From contig JAAYQZ010000040.1 in the NCBI GenBank assembly GCA_012519025.1, forward strand, positions 5,294 to 69,293: a stretch of 64,000 nucleotides of DNA, given 5' to 3'. Both the position numbers and the translations under genes were made by a program. Below, in pieces: positions 1 to 9,626 of the stretch. The notes beneath the pieces were generated by a model, which ran no database searches, was not told where the DNA came from, and saw only the letters and a program-made list of their open reading frames with translations. This DNA comes from Bacillota bacterium. Its GTDB lineage: Bacteria; Bacillota; Limnochordia; DTU087. How positions within the stretch are numbered: position 1 is the first letter of the stretch; each line of letters opens with the position of its first letter.

Positions 1-120
1 TAAATTAATGCTTCGGTACCACAAGTAAGACTTCCTGCCTTTTGCCAAATAATCCAACTGTTCAGTGCAGTCTGCTGCTCGATTAGCGGGACACCAATGA
101 TCCCGAGCTTGCTTTACCAT

Positions 121-162
121 AAAAATAAGCGCACCGGGTGCGGTACCCGGTACGCCTTTTTC
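121..162 (-). terminator. Intrinsic terminator after folT
   Basis: Minus-strand stem GCGUACCGGGU/ACCCGGUGCGC followed by UUAUUUUU. Confidence 0.7.
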
Positions 163-180
163 ACAAATATGTTCTATCTG

Positions 181-720
181 CTATCTGCTGACTTGATGAC
201 TTGCCGTACCACCGTAGGCACTGTAGCCTTTCACAGCATAGTGCAAAATCAAGGCATGGATCGGCACTTGTACCAAGCTGGTTAACAGCCTTGTGGGCAA
301 AAGCACCCAAAAAGCCCTTTCAAACATGATGGTAAGCCAAAGAGTATTTAACCCTGAGACCACCATGCTGGTGACTAAAACACCGGCAACCAAAGGCCAA
401 AACCGCTGCTTGGCTTCGGGAAACAACCGCAACAGAAGCGGTAAAAGAAAGCCCCATGTGGCTGAGCTTAAAGTAAAGCCCGGGAAATACGGTCCCGCCG
501 GGAACAAAATCCCGCCGATGAAATCAGCTAAAGCACCGGTGATGCCGCCGGCTAAAGGCCCCATTAGAAGCCCGGCCAACATGATGGGCAGCGGCCCAAA
601 ACCTATTCTAAGGCCTTGGATGCCAAAGATGGGCAACATGGGGCTCAAAAAACGAGTAAAAACCACACTGATCCCAACTAACAGCCCGATTGTCGTCATT
701 TGTCTTGTGGTGACCCGCAC
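181..720 (-). CDS. folT: Folate ECF transporter S component
   Basis: Hydrophobic 179 aa protein with RIGFGPLPIMLAGLLMGP...ADFIG...PYFPGFTLS S-component pattern. GTG at 720 follows GGGAGG; the ORF-track start at 861 lies inside the riboswitch. Confidence 0.85.
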   Translation of the reverse strand: MRVTTRQMTTIGLLVGISVVFTRFLSPMLPIFGIQGLRIGFGPLPIMLAGLLMGPLAGGITGALADFIGGILFPAGPYFPGFTLSSATWGFLLPLLLRLFPEAKQRFWPLVAGVLVTSMVVSGLNTLWLTIMFERAFWVLLPTRLLTSLVQVPIHALILHYAVKGYSAYGGTASHQVSR

Positions 721-796
721 AATAATTAACCTCCCTTCTTCGGCAGGTACGCAACCACGCCGAAGCCGGAAGGTATGAATTCCAGCCCTTCGAAGT

Positions 797-890
797 GATA
801 GCGGACGCGGTAGTGCACCGCGGGCAAATGCCCTTCGTCCATGGGCGACTTCCCATCCCATGGCACTTAACGCGCAATACCTACTCTACC
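797..890 (-). ncRNA. THF riboswitch
   Basis: Minus strand GUAGAGUAG...GCGUUAAGUG...GAUGGGAAGUCG...ACGAAG...GCGG...GCGUCCGCUA matches the THF aptamer consensus and lies upstream of folT. Confidence 0.9.
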
Positions 891-912
891 AGTTATTAGA
901 CTTGACATCTCT

Positions 913-941
913 ATTCTAGTTTAAAGACTAAACAGTGTCAA
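913..941 (-). promoter_or_regulatory. SigA promoter for the THF riboswitch-folT transcript
   Basis: TTGACA (941-936), 17 bp spacer, TAGAAT (918-913). Confidence 0.75.
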
Positions 942-1049
942 CCGAACTGAGTGGGATATGTGCCTGACCGGATGGGAATTGACCGGGCAGATGACTAGGC
1001 CAGGCAAGTCAGTCGGTTCGGCCGTTGACTTGGTCCGGTGTATGGTATC

Positions 1050-1736
1050 TCATCTTTGGGCGAGCTTTGTCAGAAGTTCTAAATTAGTAATTACAACCCG
1101 CTCCGATAAATCCAGCACTTCCCGGGCAACAAAAGAACGCAGACATTGAATCATTTCCCCTTCTTTGGCACCGATATCCTTTTGCATATCCTGGACTTTA
1201 AGGGGATAATCGATCATTATTCCACTGGGGCTGATCATGCCGCGGTACTCCACAAAACCCAAAAGATAGCGGGCCAGACGAGTTTCTAGGGGCTGCTGGT
1301 CTTTTAAAATCTCGGGTGCGGTGTGATCAAACATTGCGGTGATATTGCAAAGCAGCTGCCAGTAAAGCCCGGGGTGGGTGTCTAAAAAGCCTTCAAGCAC
1401 CGGTTTACTTATCTTTGCTGCCCGAACAGATGTCACGGCTTTGATGAAATGATTTTTCGATACCCCGCGAAACAGCATCAGCTCATTGAGCCAGGCACCG
1501 GCTGGCAAAATATCTAGGGTGAGCTCGCCGCCTTGGGTGAATTTACCAAATTTCATGATGCCTTTTTCCACAATAATAAGTGTTTGAGCGAAGGTGCCGG
1601 TGAGATTTACTTTTTCTCCCGCGGCCAGTTCAGCGGTTTCAGCAAATTCGGCGATAGACTCAAGTTTCGCATACTCTACTTCCTGCCAAAGGGGCATCTC
1701 TCGAAGCAATGCGGCAGTTCTATGCTTAGCATTCAC
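1050..1736 (-). CDS. Crp/Fnr family transcriptional regulator
   Basis: cNMP-binding beta-barrel-like N-terminus and PLETRLARYLL followed by a C-terminal HTH; GTG at 1736 follows GGGGGTG. Confidence 0.75.
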   Translation of the reverse strand: MNAKHRTAALLREMPLWQEVEYAKLESIAEFAETAELAAGEKVNLTGTFAQTLIIVEKGIMKFGKFTQGGELTLDILPAGAWLNELMLFRGVSKNHFIKAVTSVRAAKISKPVLEGFLDTHPGLYWQLLCNITAMFDHTAPEILKDQQPLETRLARYLLGFVEYRGMISPSGIMIDYPLKVQDMQKDIGAKEGEMIQCLRSFVAREVLDLSERVVITNLELLTKLAQR

Positions 1737-1818
1737 CGGTCCCACCCCCTAGTGATTCTTACCCCAACACAAACAGACATAGGCCCATATGGACATGTGC
1801 TGCCTTTGGGTACTTTTT

Positions 1819-2751
1819 TTAAAGATGCCGTTTGATCAGAACTTGATGGAAAAGCATCTGGATAACGTCTAGTGTCGGCGGTTCTGTTCCCGGGAGCGAA
1901 GCGTTGGCGGCACCGGCAGCCGTAGACCACCGCAGTGCATCTTGTAAAGATGCTCCCTGTCGAAAACCATACAGCAAGCCGGCCAATGCCGCATCACCAC
2001 AGCCGACCGTGCTTTTGACGGAAATCTCAGGCGGAACTGCCCGCCATATTTCCCCATCACATCCCAAAAAAGCCCCGTCTTTACCCAAAGTTAAAAGCAC
2101 ACATCTGATACCATACTGCAGAAGTTCAGCTGCTGCTGCTTCGGCTTCTGTCTCATGCCGAACATATCTCCCCAACAGCTCTTCGGCTTCTGTTTCATTG
2201 GGTTTGATCAAATCCGGTTGGGCTTTGATGGCCTGCTTAAGTGCGGCACCACTGGTATCTAGGGCAATTTTTGCACCTTGGGCTTTAGCTTTAGTGATCA
2301 AAGTACCGTAAAAATCGCTTGGCACACCCGGCGGCATGCTGCCGGAAATCACCAGCCACTGCCAATGGGCGGCATTTGCTTCTATATGTGCAAGGACTTG
2401 TTCAAGCTCCTTTTCACTGACAAGGGGCCCGGGTTCATTTATTTCAGTAGCCTCTTTTGCCTCCCGGGACCAAATCTTTAAATTGGTGCGGCTGCTGCCG
2501 GCAGTGGGTATAACTTCAAGCTTTAAACCCTCTTTTGTAAGGGTTTCGGCGATCCAGCGGCCGCTCTCTCCGCCGAGCAATGCTGTGGCTTGGGTAGGCA
2601 GTCCAAAAGTTTTGAGGGTTCTTGACACATTGATACCCTTTCCAGAAGGGTGATCAATGACTGCCTGCACGCGGTTCATACCCCCGACATTGAGCCGGCA
2701 AATTTCCAAAGTGCGATCAATTGTGGGATTTAACGTCATGGTTGCTATCAT
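1819..2751 (-). CDS. pfkB: 1-phosphofructokinase family (PfkB) hexose kinase
   Basis: TLNPTID, GKGINVS, IKPNETE, TLGKDGA and STVGCGD motifs. Confidence 0.85.
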   Translation of the reverse strand: MIATMTLNPTIDRTLEICRLNVGGMNRVQAVIDHPSGKGINVSRTLKTFGLPTQATALLGGESGRWIAETLTKEGLKLEVIPTAGSSRTNLKIWSREAKEATEINEPGPLVSEKELEQVLAHIEANAAHWQWLVISGSMPPGVPSDFYGTLITKAKAQGAKIALDTSGAALKQAIKAQPDLIKPNETEAEELLGRYVRHETEAEAAAAELLQYGIRCVLLTLGKDGAFLGCDGEIWRAVPPEISVKSTVGCGDAALAGLLYGFRQGASLQDALRWSTAAGAANASLPGTEPPTLDVIQMLFHQVLIKRHL

Positions 2752-2783
2752 GGTTCAGTGTCCCCTTTTCATCCTATAGATCA

Positions 2784-2808
2784 AGGAACTTTGCCAAGGC
2801 TGCTGAAT
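2784..2808 (+). promoter_or_regulatory. SigH-like promoter upstream of xylB
   Basis: AGGA-17 bp-GAAT. Confidence 0.5.
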
Positions 2809-2835
2809 AATCCAGTACAAACTACAAATAGCAAG

Positions 2836-2861
2836 ATTCCCCACAAACAGATAAAACACCT
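2836..2861 (-). promoter_or_regulatory. SigH-like promoter upstream of pfkB
   Basis: AGGT-18 bp-GAAT on the minus strand. Confidence 0.5.
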
Positions 2862-2937
2862 TCCCAAAAGGAAACGTTCTTCGGGGTAATCAGCTGGATA
2901 AAGCAGCAGGATGCAGCCTTTCAAGGAGGTTTTATAA

Positions 2938-4464
2938 ATGGGTTATATGATCGGTATTGATGTAGGTACAAGCGGAGTAAAGACCATTGCAGTAACACCG
3001 GAGGGGAAAATTACAGCTGAAGCTGTGGCTGAATATGCCCTGCATCATCCCAAAAGCGGCTGGGCAGAGCAGAATCCCGAGGACTGGTGGCAGGCTGCTT
3101 TGACATGTCTTAGGGAGATAAGTGGGAAGTTGGGCAGTGGGGCTTCCGGTGTGAAAGCCATCGGTCTTTCCGGGCAGATGCATGGTTCGGTCTTTGTGGA
3201 TAAACATCACAAAGTGCTCAGACCCGCGATTTTATGGTGTGATGTGCGCACAGCGGCAGAATGCCGTTTCATTCATGAAAAAGTCGGCAAAGATAAGCTG
3301 ATTCAATATGTTTCCAACCCAGCTTTGGAGGGGTTCACCGCGCCAAAAATCGTGTGGCTGAAGCACCATGAGCCGGATATATACAAGCATGTATATAAAG
3401 TGCTTTTGCCTAAAGATTATGTGCGTTTAAAGCTCACCGGTGAACTATTTACCGAAGCATCAGATGCTGCAGGCACACTGCTTTTCGATGTGACGCAAAG
3501 GCGTTGGTCTGATGAAGTGCTGAAGGCTTTGGATATTTCCTCCGATATTTTACCACCTTGGCGGGAATCCGGAGATATCTGCGGTTATCTGCAGGACGAT
3601 GTGGCAGAGGCTGTGGGCCTACCGCGAAACATTCCCATTGCCGGCGGTGGTGCCGATAACGCGGCCGGTGCCGTTGGAGCCGGCATCGTAAAGCCGGGCC
3701 GAGTCCTGACAAGCATCGGTTCCTCCGGTGTTGTTTTGGCCCATACCGACACACCGAAAACCGATCCACAAGGACGGGTGCACACTTTCAACCACTCTAT
3801 TCCCCATAAGTGGTATGTCATGGGTGTAATCATGGCAGCCGGGCTTTCTTTGAAATGGTTTAGGGATAATTTCGGCCAGATAGAGCGCCAGATGGAAAAT
3901 CTAACCGGCCGGGATGCTTATGTTTTCATGGATCAGCAGGCTGCCCAGACTGCGGCAGGAGCGGAGGGTTTAGTGTTTTTACCCTACTTAAACGGTGAAC
4001 GCACTCCCCATGCCGATGCTAATGCCAGAGGTGTTTTCTTTGGGCTCGATCCTCGCCACACCAGGGGCCATATGATGAGGGCCATCATGGAAGGCGTCGT
4101 CTTTGCGCTGCGAGATTCTGTGGAAATAATTAGGGATATGGGTATTGCCGTTGATCAAGTGCGGGCCATAGGCGGTGGTGCCAAAAGTCCTTTGTGGCTG
4201 GAAATACAGGCTAATATTCTAAATGTTGAAGTAGCTGTTTTAAACATCGATGAAGGGCCTGCTTTAGGTGCCGCTTTGCTGGGCGGCCGGGCGGCCGGTA
4301 TTTACAACAGTGTGGAGGAAGCTGCAGAAAGTGTGGTGCGTGTCGGCGATACCGTAAAACCGACACAAGATTTCGTCCAGCGTTATGAGCAGTATTACCA
4401 ATTCTATCGTTCTTTGTATCCTGTGTTGAAAGAGAGTTTCCAAATTGCGGCAGGGATGCGGTAG
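2938..4464 (+). CDS. xylB: Xylulokinase (FGGY family)
   Basis: IGIDVGTSG, GLSGQMHG, AILWCDVR, LLPKDY, GGGADN, FLPYLNGERTP motifs; AAGGAGG RBS. Confidence 0.9.
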   Translation: MGYMIGIDVGTSGVKTIAVTPEGKITAEAVAEYALHHPKSGWAEQNPEDWWQAALTCLREISGKLGSGASGVKAIGLSGQMHGSVFVDKHHKVLRPAILWCDVRTAAECRFIHEKVGKDKLIQYVSNPALEGFTAPKIVWLKHHEPDIYKHVYKVLLPKDYVRLKLTGELFTEASDAAGTLLFDVTQRRWSDEVLKALDISSDILPPWRESGDICGYLQDDVAEAVGLPRNIPIAGGGADNAAGAVGAGIVKPGRVLTSIGSSGVVLAHTDTPKTDPQGRVHTFNHSIPHKWYVMGVIMAAGLSLKWFRDNFGQIERQMENLTGRDAYVFMDQQAAQTAAGAEGLVFLPYLNGERTPHADANARGVFFGLDPRHTRGHMMRAIMEGVVFALRDSVEIIRDMGIAVDQVRAIGGGAKSPLWLEIQANILNVEVAVLNIDEGPALGAALLGGRAAGIYNSVEEAAESVVRVGDTVKPTQDFVQRYEQYYQFYRSLYPVLKESFQIAAGMR

Positions 4465-4506
4465 GCACCCCACCTGATCGTCAATTAAGGCAAAGTGAGG
4501 GGAGCA

Positions 4507-5175
4507 TCACAGTATACCTTTACTGCGGCGCTCCCTTTGTTCTTGGAAAAGATAACGGATGATCTCGTCTCGAAACTTGGATGCTATTTTCTCTATATGG
4601 AGGCCAACCGCGATCCGGTTTTCGGGATCATCTGGGATTGTTGTTTTGCGGACTACCCGGGCAGTGACTTGGCCGCTGGCCACAGGCAGGTGGATATCTA
4701 CTAAAAGTTCACTACCGTGGATCAAGTCATGTTCATTTTTGATCCATGCCAATAAACCGCTGCCACTTAGGTTTTTAATTAGACCGCTTTTGTTGGGAAT
4801 CGGCAGCTCACCTTTATTTACGCCTTTAGGCAAAATGGCGTAGGTCATGTTTAGCAAAACGTCCAGGCGAAAATAGCCCCTGCGGTTGGCTTGGGACAGT
4901 TCTTCAGGCCACCGGACTAAAATATAGGGGATGTGCCCCTCTCTTCTTGCCAAAACAGTGGTATTGAAGGCGTAAATGCTGTCCTGGTAGGGAACTACTA
5001 TTTTGACCTCACCCCCGATGGGGATGGGCTGCACCAGACCGCCGCGCAAAGGGGCCGCCAGCAAAATCCCGCTATCTTCCAAGGATTCTATTCTGCTGGG
5101 GTAAACCTCCGGCTTCCCCCTTCTTGTCACTTCTATTTCCACCCGTTCATTGATCTTAATCACATCGCTAATCAT
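4507..5175 (-). CDS. PilZ-domain c-di-GMP-binding flagellar brake protein (YcgR/MotI-like)
   Basis: N-terminal YcgR-like domain, RxxxR (NRRGYFR) and NxSxxG (NLSGSG), C-terminal IIRYLFQEQRE. Confidence 0.85.
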   Translation of the reverse strand: MISDVIKINERVEIEVTRRGKPEVYPSRIESLEDSGILLAAPLRGGLVQPIPIGGEVKIVVPYQDSIYAFNTTVLARREGHIPYILVRWPEELSQANRRGYFRLDVLLNMTYAILPKGVNKGELPIPNKSGLIKNLSGSGLLAWIKNEHDLIHGSELLVDIHLPVASGQVTARVVRKTTIPDDPENRIAVGLHIEKIASKFRDEIIRYLFQEQRERRSKGIL

Positions 5176-5247
5176 CGACCGCCACCCCCGACACACTTAA
5201 CTTGGCTCACTTAACTTCCACTTTTAGAGGTACTATTTTCTATATTT

Positions 5248-7257
5248 CTAAGTCTGTGCCCTTATTCCTTTAAGTAAGCCTTGACGGCGGGCGGAAGCAT
5301 TGATTTCTCGAATGCTTTCCACAGCCCAATCTATTTCCGCAGTAGCATTATCTGCCATAAACCACACCCGGCCGGTGGGGTGTTTTGCTGTTCTGCCGCT
5401 GCGACCGGCCATTTGAATCAAAGTCGGTGCATCAAACAACTCATCATGGGCGTAAAGCACAAATACGTCGGCTTTAGCGGCGGTCACTCCCCGTTCCAGT
5501 ACACTGGTTGAGACTATAACAGCCGGTGCATGGGCCTGAAAGGCAAGCCGTTTTGCTTCAGCTTCTCTATCTTGGGAGTGGGTGCCGAAGATGGGTATTT
5601 TGGTCAAGGTATCTCCGTGGACACCGGCTGAGGACCTGAGTTTTACCGCAATCACTTTAACCAAAATCGATACAAGCCAAATGCGGGGCACAAAAATGAA
5701 GATTCTGCTGCCTGCTTGAATGCTCTCTAGAAGCAGTTCCCAAAACTCTTCCGGCAGAGTGATTGGCCCGTTTTTAGAACCGGGCATCAAGGCCGTGGCT
5801 TTGCTGGTTCTGGGCATAGGGCGGGCAGGCAGCCTATAGCCTTTGTCTTCAAGCAGTGTTGGAATCGGTACCGGGTGGCCGTGGTGACGGACAGGTACTG
5901 TGACTAGTTCAAGTTCACCGCGGCGGGCTTTGCCCAGCATGGCCGGGCTGGGGGTGGCTGTCATATAGATTTTTAGGCCTTCCGGTTTTACGCTGCGGTT
6001 GAAGGCATAATGCAGCATCGGAGAGCCGGCATAGGGAAAAGCATCTGCTTCATCTAAAATGGCAAGATCGAAACAGCTGTTGAAACGGAGCAGTTGATGG
6101 GTTGTGGCTAAAACCAATGCACTTAGTTCAGGAGGTGCTTTTACCCCACCATAAAGGGCATCAATGGGGATGTTTGGGAAGGCGCTTTTCGCCCGCTCTA
6201 AAAGTTCGAGTACAACATCTCGGCGGGGAATGGCAAAAAGCACTCTCAAACCCTTTTGGAGTGCAAGTTCCACAGCTTTGAAGGCAATCTCTGTTTTGCC
6301 TGCCCCGCAAACTGCCCAGATAAGGCAATCCTTTGGTGTGCACTTTAAAGAGTTTTCCTGAACGGTTTCCGCGTTTTGAAGATACTCCTCCAGCCAGATT
6401 TGCACATGCCCGCCCAACTTTTGGCTGGCTCGTGCTTGGGATAAAGTCAATTGGAACGGAAACTGTGCTTTAAGACCAGGAAAAGCTTGATTGCCCGGCC
6501 GCAGGGCAGTGCAGGTGTTTGCGTACCTATTGTCTGTGATACCGGCGTTGTGCCGGGCTGTTTGCCGCTGATCGCCGGATGGCTCCAGGCCCATATAAAG
6601 CTCACGACAGCTTCTCATTTCCCCCAATGTGCGGCAGTTTGGACAGATGCGGCAGTCACTGCGTCCGCATAAAGGACAATCAACTGTCTCCAGCTGCAGA
6701 CTTGTGCCACAGCGAGTGCAAGTATGATAGCTTTTTAGTGGTGATGTAATGGCCGCATCTACACCGATACGGCCTTCGATGGCTAGGACCTGTAACATAT
6801 CCCTCAGGGGATAGGGGCTTTTTGCGGTTATTTTAAATGCTGCTGACTGCACTTCATCAAATGTAAGCAGCCTGCCTTTGAGTACAGCTGCTGTCAGTGC
6901 AAGGAAATCTTCGGGGATCGTGCGCAGATGGGCGTTCTTTGACTCAACAGCCTTAATGTCCAAATGGGGGCTGTTTGCATTTTGCCGGTGCAGTTCCTTT
7001 TTAATTTTTTGCCGCCAGGCATCTAACCAAGTAGGGGCTGTAAGCCTTCTAAAAAAAGAAATTCCGACACGTGTGGGCGGATCCTTTAAGGTGTCTGTAA
7101 CGGCTTTTGCAACATCTATCCGCAAAGGAGCGTTTAAAACGAATATACGGCTTGATGCGCTGTTTGCCCAATATGCCGCATCCAAAAAAGGATCATGGGT
7201 AAAGGCACTGATCTTTCCCTTGGAAGACTCCACTGTGTATAGGTAATAAACTGCCAT
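5248..7257 (-). CDS. comFA: ComFA-like DEAD-box helicase/translocase
   Basis: WAVCGAGKTE, IPRRDVVLEL, TTHQLLRF, DEADAFPY, TATP, STSVLERGVT and QMAGRSGR motifs; Cys-rich region. Confidence 0.85.
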   Translation of the reverse strand: MAVYYLYTVESSKGKISAFTHDPFLDAAYWANSASSRIFVLNAPLRIDVAKAVTDTLKDPPTRVGISFFRRLTAPTWLDAWRQKIKKELHRQNANSPHLDIKAVESKNAHLRTIPEDFLALTAAVLKGRLLTFDEVQSAAFKITAKSPYPLRDMLQVLAIEGRIGVDAAITSPLKSYHTCTRCGTSLQLETVDCPLCGRSDCRICPNCRTLGEMRSCRELYMGLEPSGDQRQTARHNAGITDNRYANTCTALRPGNQAFPGLKAQFPFQLTLSQARASQKLGGHVQIWLEEYLQNAETVQENSLKCTPKDCLIWAVCGAGKTEIAFKAVELALQKGLRVLFAIPRRDVVLELLERAKSAFPNIPIDALYGGVKAPPELSALVLATTHQLLRFNSCFDLAILDEADAFPYAGSPMLHYAFNRSVKPEGLKIYMTATPSPAMLGKARRGELELVTVPVRHHGHPVPIPTLLEDKGYRLPARPMPRTSKATALMPGSKNGPITLPEEFWELLLESIQAGSRIFIFVPRIWLVSILVKVIAVKLRSSAGVHGDTLTKIPIFGTHSQDREAEAKRLAFQAHAPAVIVSTSVLERGVTAAKADVFVLYAHDELFDAPTLIQMAGRSGRTAKHPTGRVWFMADNATAEIDWAVESIREINASARRQGLLKGIRAQT

Positions 7258-7299
7258 AATTTTGCCGATGGGTCGCGGCGGATATGCAAAACTCAGGTT

Positions 7300-9495
7300 C
7301 TAACCGGTGAAAACTTTTAAACGCTGGATTAGGCCGGTGAAGCGCTCTCTGCCCCGCTCTTGGCGGATATAGACGGCGAGGGCTCGCTTTTCACCGACAA
7401 GTACTACAAGCTGTTTAGCCCTGGTGATGGCGGTGTACAAAAGATTGCGGTTCATCAAACTCGGTAAGGTCCACACCAAAGGCATTATTACTACGGGATA
7501 TTCACTGCCTTGGCTTTTATGGACAGAGATGGCATAAGAAAGCTCCAGCTGATCCCAATCACTGCGCTCATAAGAGATATAGCGGGTTTCGTCTACATCG
7601 TTGAGCTCCATGATCAGTGAGTGCTCTTCTGTGTCAATGGAGACAATGCGGCCCATATCTCCGTTGAAGACTTTTTTATCATAGTCATTTTCCGTCTGCA
7701 TTACTTTGTCCCCAACTCTGAAGATGCTGCTGCCAAACTCTTTCTGCGTTTTACCGGCTTTGGGTGGATTTAAAGCGGCTTGTAAGTGCTCATTTAAAAT
7801 TGCTGTTCCCACCCTAGTGCGGCGAATGGGGCTCAGCACTTGTATATCCTCTAAAGGGTCAAATCCATAATGTGCCGGCAGCCTCTCTTGGGCCAGTTTC
7901 ACGATGAGCGCCGGTGTGTTTTCCGAGTCTTTTTGTTCAATTAGGAAAAAATCTTTATCCGGTTGGTTCAAATAAGGGAAGTCCCCCCGGTTGATGCGAT
8001 GGGCATTTGTTACGATTAGGCTTGTTTGGGCCTGACGAAAGACTTCTGTGAGGCGGGCCAACGGCACTTCGCCTGCTTCGATCATGTCGCTTAAAGGCTG
8101 TCCCGGCCCTACCGGCGGCAGCTGATCAGCATCCCCAACTAAGATCAGGCGGGTGCCGGCATCGATTGCCATCAAAAGATGATAAAACAACCTCATATCT
8201 ACCATGGAGACCTCATCGATAATCACGACATCGGCTTTTAGGGGGTTTTCCGCGTTTTTGCGAAACTGGAGTCCTGCATCCGGTTCATAGCCAAATTCCA
8301 GCAAACGGTGGATGGTCTGAGCCGGGCGGCCGGTGCTTTCAGCAAGCCTTTTGGCTGCTCTGCCTGTGGGAGATGCCAAAAGCGTTTTCCAACGCCAAGT
8401 AGCATACATCTCCAAAATGACTTTCACAATAGTGGTTTTCCCGGTACCCGGACCGCCTGTGATGATTAAAAGCGATTCTTGACAGGCGCTGAGCACAGCT
8501 TGCCTTTGATTGGGGGCAAGCTGGATGCCGATGCGTTTTTCGGCTTCTTCCAACAAAAAAATGAGGTCTTGTTTGAGAAAATCTTGCTGCCCTTGCTGTA
8601 CATTCCAAGATACCAGGCGTTCGGCGACAGCCTCTTCCATTGCTTTGAGCATGGGCAGGTATATAACTTCACGTTCATCAATAATTTCTTCTTGGACCGT
8701 GCCTTCTTTAAGGAGGGTCTCAAGCCCCTGCACAATCAAAGGGGAGGAAACGTCCAATATCTTTTCCGCTTCTTTTTGTAAGGTGTCTTTAGGCAGACAA
8801 ACGTGGCCTTCGCCAAGACTTTGTTCCAGTGTGTATTTTATGCCGGCCCGGATCCGCTCCGGTGCTTCCGCGGTTATCCCTAAGTTTTGTGCTATACCGT
8901 CGGCGATGCGAAAGCCGATACCGGTGACATCATCGGCCAAACGGTAGGGGTTTTCCTGCAAAACAGCGATGGTATCCTGCCGGTAGTGGCGGTAAATGCG
9001 GTGGGCATAGGCGGGACTGATGCCGTGGCCCTGCAAAAACACCATAATATTTTGTATGTCTTCCTGTAAGCTGAGCCCTTCTTGGATGGCTTTGGCTTTG
9101 ACAGGTCCGATGCCTTCCACTTCCTGAAGCCGTTCCGGTGTCACACTGATGACGTCTAGAGTTGTCAGGCCGAATTTATCTACCAGTTTCTCGGCAGTGC
9201 TGGGTCCCACACCTTTGATGAGTCCCGATGCCAGGTAGTTTTTGATACCATCCACAGTGGCCGGCATCAATGGCTCTGCTGCTTCTACCCTGAATTGGCG
9301 GCCGTATTGAGGATGGGTTGTCCATTCTCCCCGCAGGCGGAAGCTCTCGCCGGGATGTACAGAGATGAAACGCCCCACACAGGTGACAGGAGTTTTGCTG
9401 TCATTTGGCAAAAGGCGAGCTACTGTATATAGATTTTCTTCGTTGCGAAATGTGATATGATTAATGGTTCCTTCCAGCACTTCCAAATCCAACAA
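7300..9495 (-). CDS. recD2: ATP-dependent RecD2-like DNA helicase
   Basis: HPQYGRQF, YLASGLIKGVG, ENPYRL, TGGPGTGKTT, IIDEVSM, GDADQLP, HKSQGSEY motifs; TTG at 9495 follows GGAGGG (ORF track starts at 9591). Confidence 0.9.
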   Translation of the reverse strand: MLDLEVLEGTINHITFRNEENLYTVARLLPNDSKTPVTCVGRFISVHPGESFRLRGEWTTHPQYGRQFRVEAAEPLMPATVDGIKNYLASGLIKGVGPSTAEKLVDKFGLTTLDVISVTPERLQEVEGIGPVKAKAIQEGLSLQEDIQNIMVFLQGHGISPAYAHRIYRHYRQDTIAVLQENPYRLADDVTGIGFRIADGIAQNLGITAEAPERIRAGIKYTLEQSLGEGHVCLPKDTLQKEAEKILDVSSPLIVQGLETLLKEGTVQEEIIDEREVIYLPMLKAMEEAVAERLVSWNVQQGQQDFLKQDLIFLLEEAEKRIGIQLAPNQRQAVLSACQESLLIITGGPGTGKTTIVKVILEMYATWRWKTLLASPTGRAAKRLAESTGRPAQTIHRLLEFGYEPDAGLQFRKNAENPLKADVVIIDEVSMVDMRLFYHLLMAIDAGTRLILVGDADQLPPVGPGQPLSDMIEAGEVPLARLTEVFRQAQTSLIVTNAHRINRGDFPYLNQPDKDFFLIEQKDSENTPALIVKLAQERLPAHYGFDPLEDIQVLSPIRRTRVGTAILNEHLQAALNPPKAGKTQKEFGSSIFRVGDKVMQTENDYDKKVFNGDMGRIVSIDTEEHSLIMELNDVDETRYISYERSDWDQLELSYAISVHKSQGSEYPVVIMPLVWTLPSLMNRNLLYTAITRAKQLVVLVGEKRALAVYIRQERGRERFTGLIQRLKVFTG

Positions 9496-9590
9496 TGAAT
9501 TTCCCTCCGCCTCAAGAGCTAATGCATTGTTTCTTGCCGGTGGCGGCAACTCCTGCATTTCCGCGTTTGCCTGCAGTTCAAACCTTTGCA

Positions 9591-9621
9591 AAATAAATGC
9601 GGCCCGGGGCTGCCGGGCCTT
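9591..9621 (-). terminator. Probable intrinsic terminator after the LuxR-HTH gene
   Basis: GGCCCGG/CCGGGCC stem followed by GCAUUUAUUUU. Confidence 0.5.
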
Positions 9622-9626
9622 GTTGC

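Noticed and set aside
1-120. Open frame on the minus strand running off the window (ATG at 120)
   Set aside because: No RBS, it starts inside the folT terminator tail and contains a promoter-like motif; probably intergenic
721-861. N-terminal 47 codons of the ORF-track folT
   Set aside because: They overlap the THF riboswitch; the RBS precedes GTG at 720
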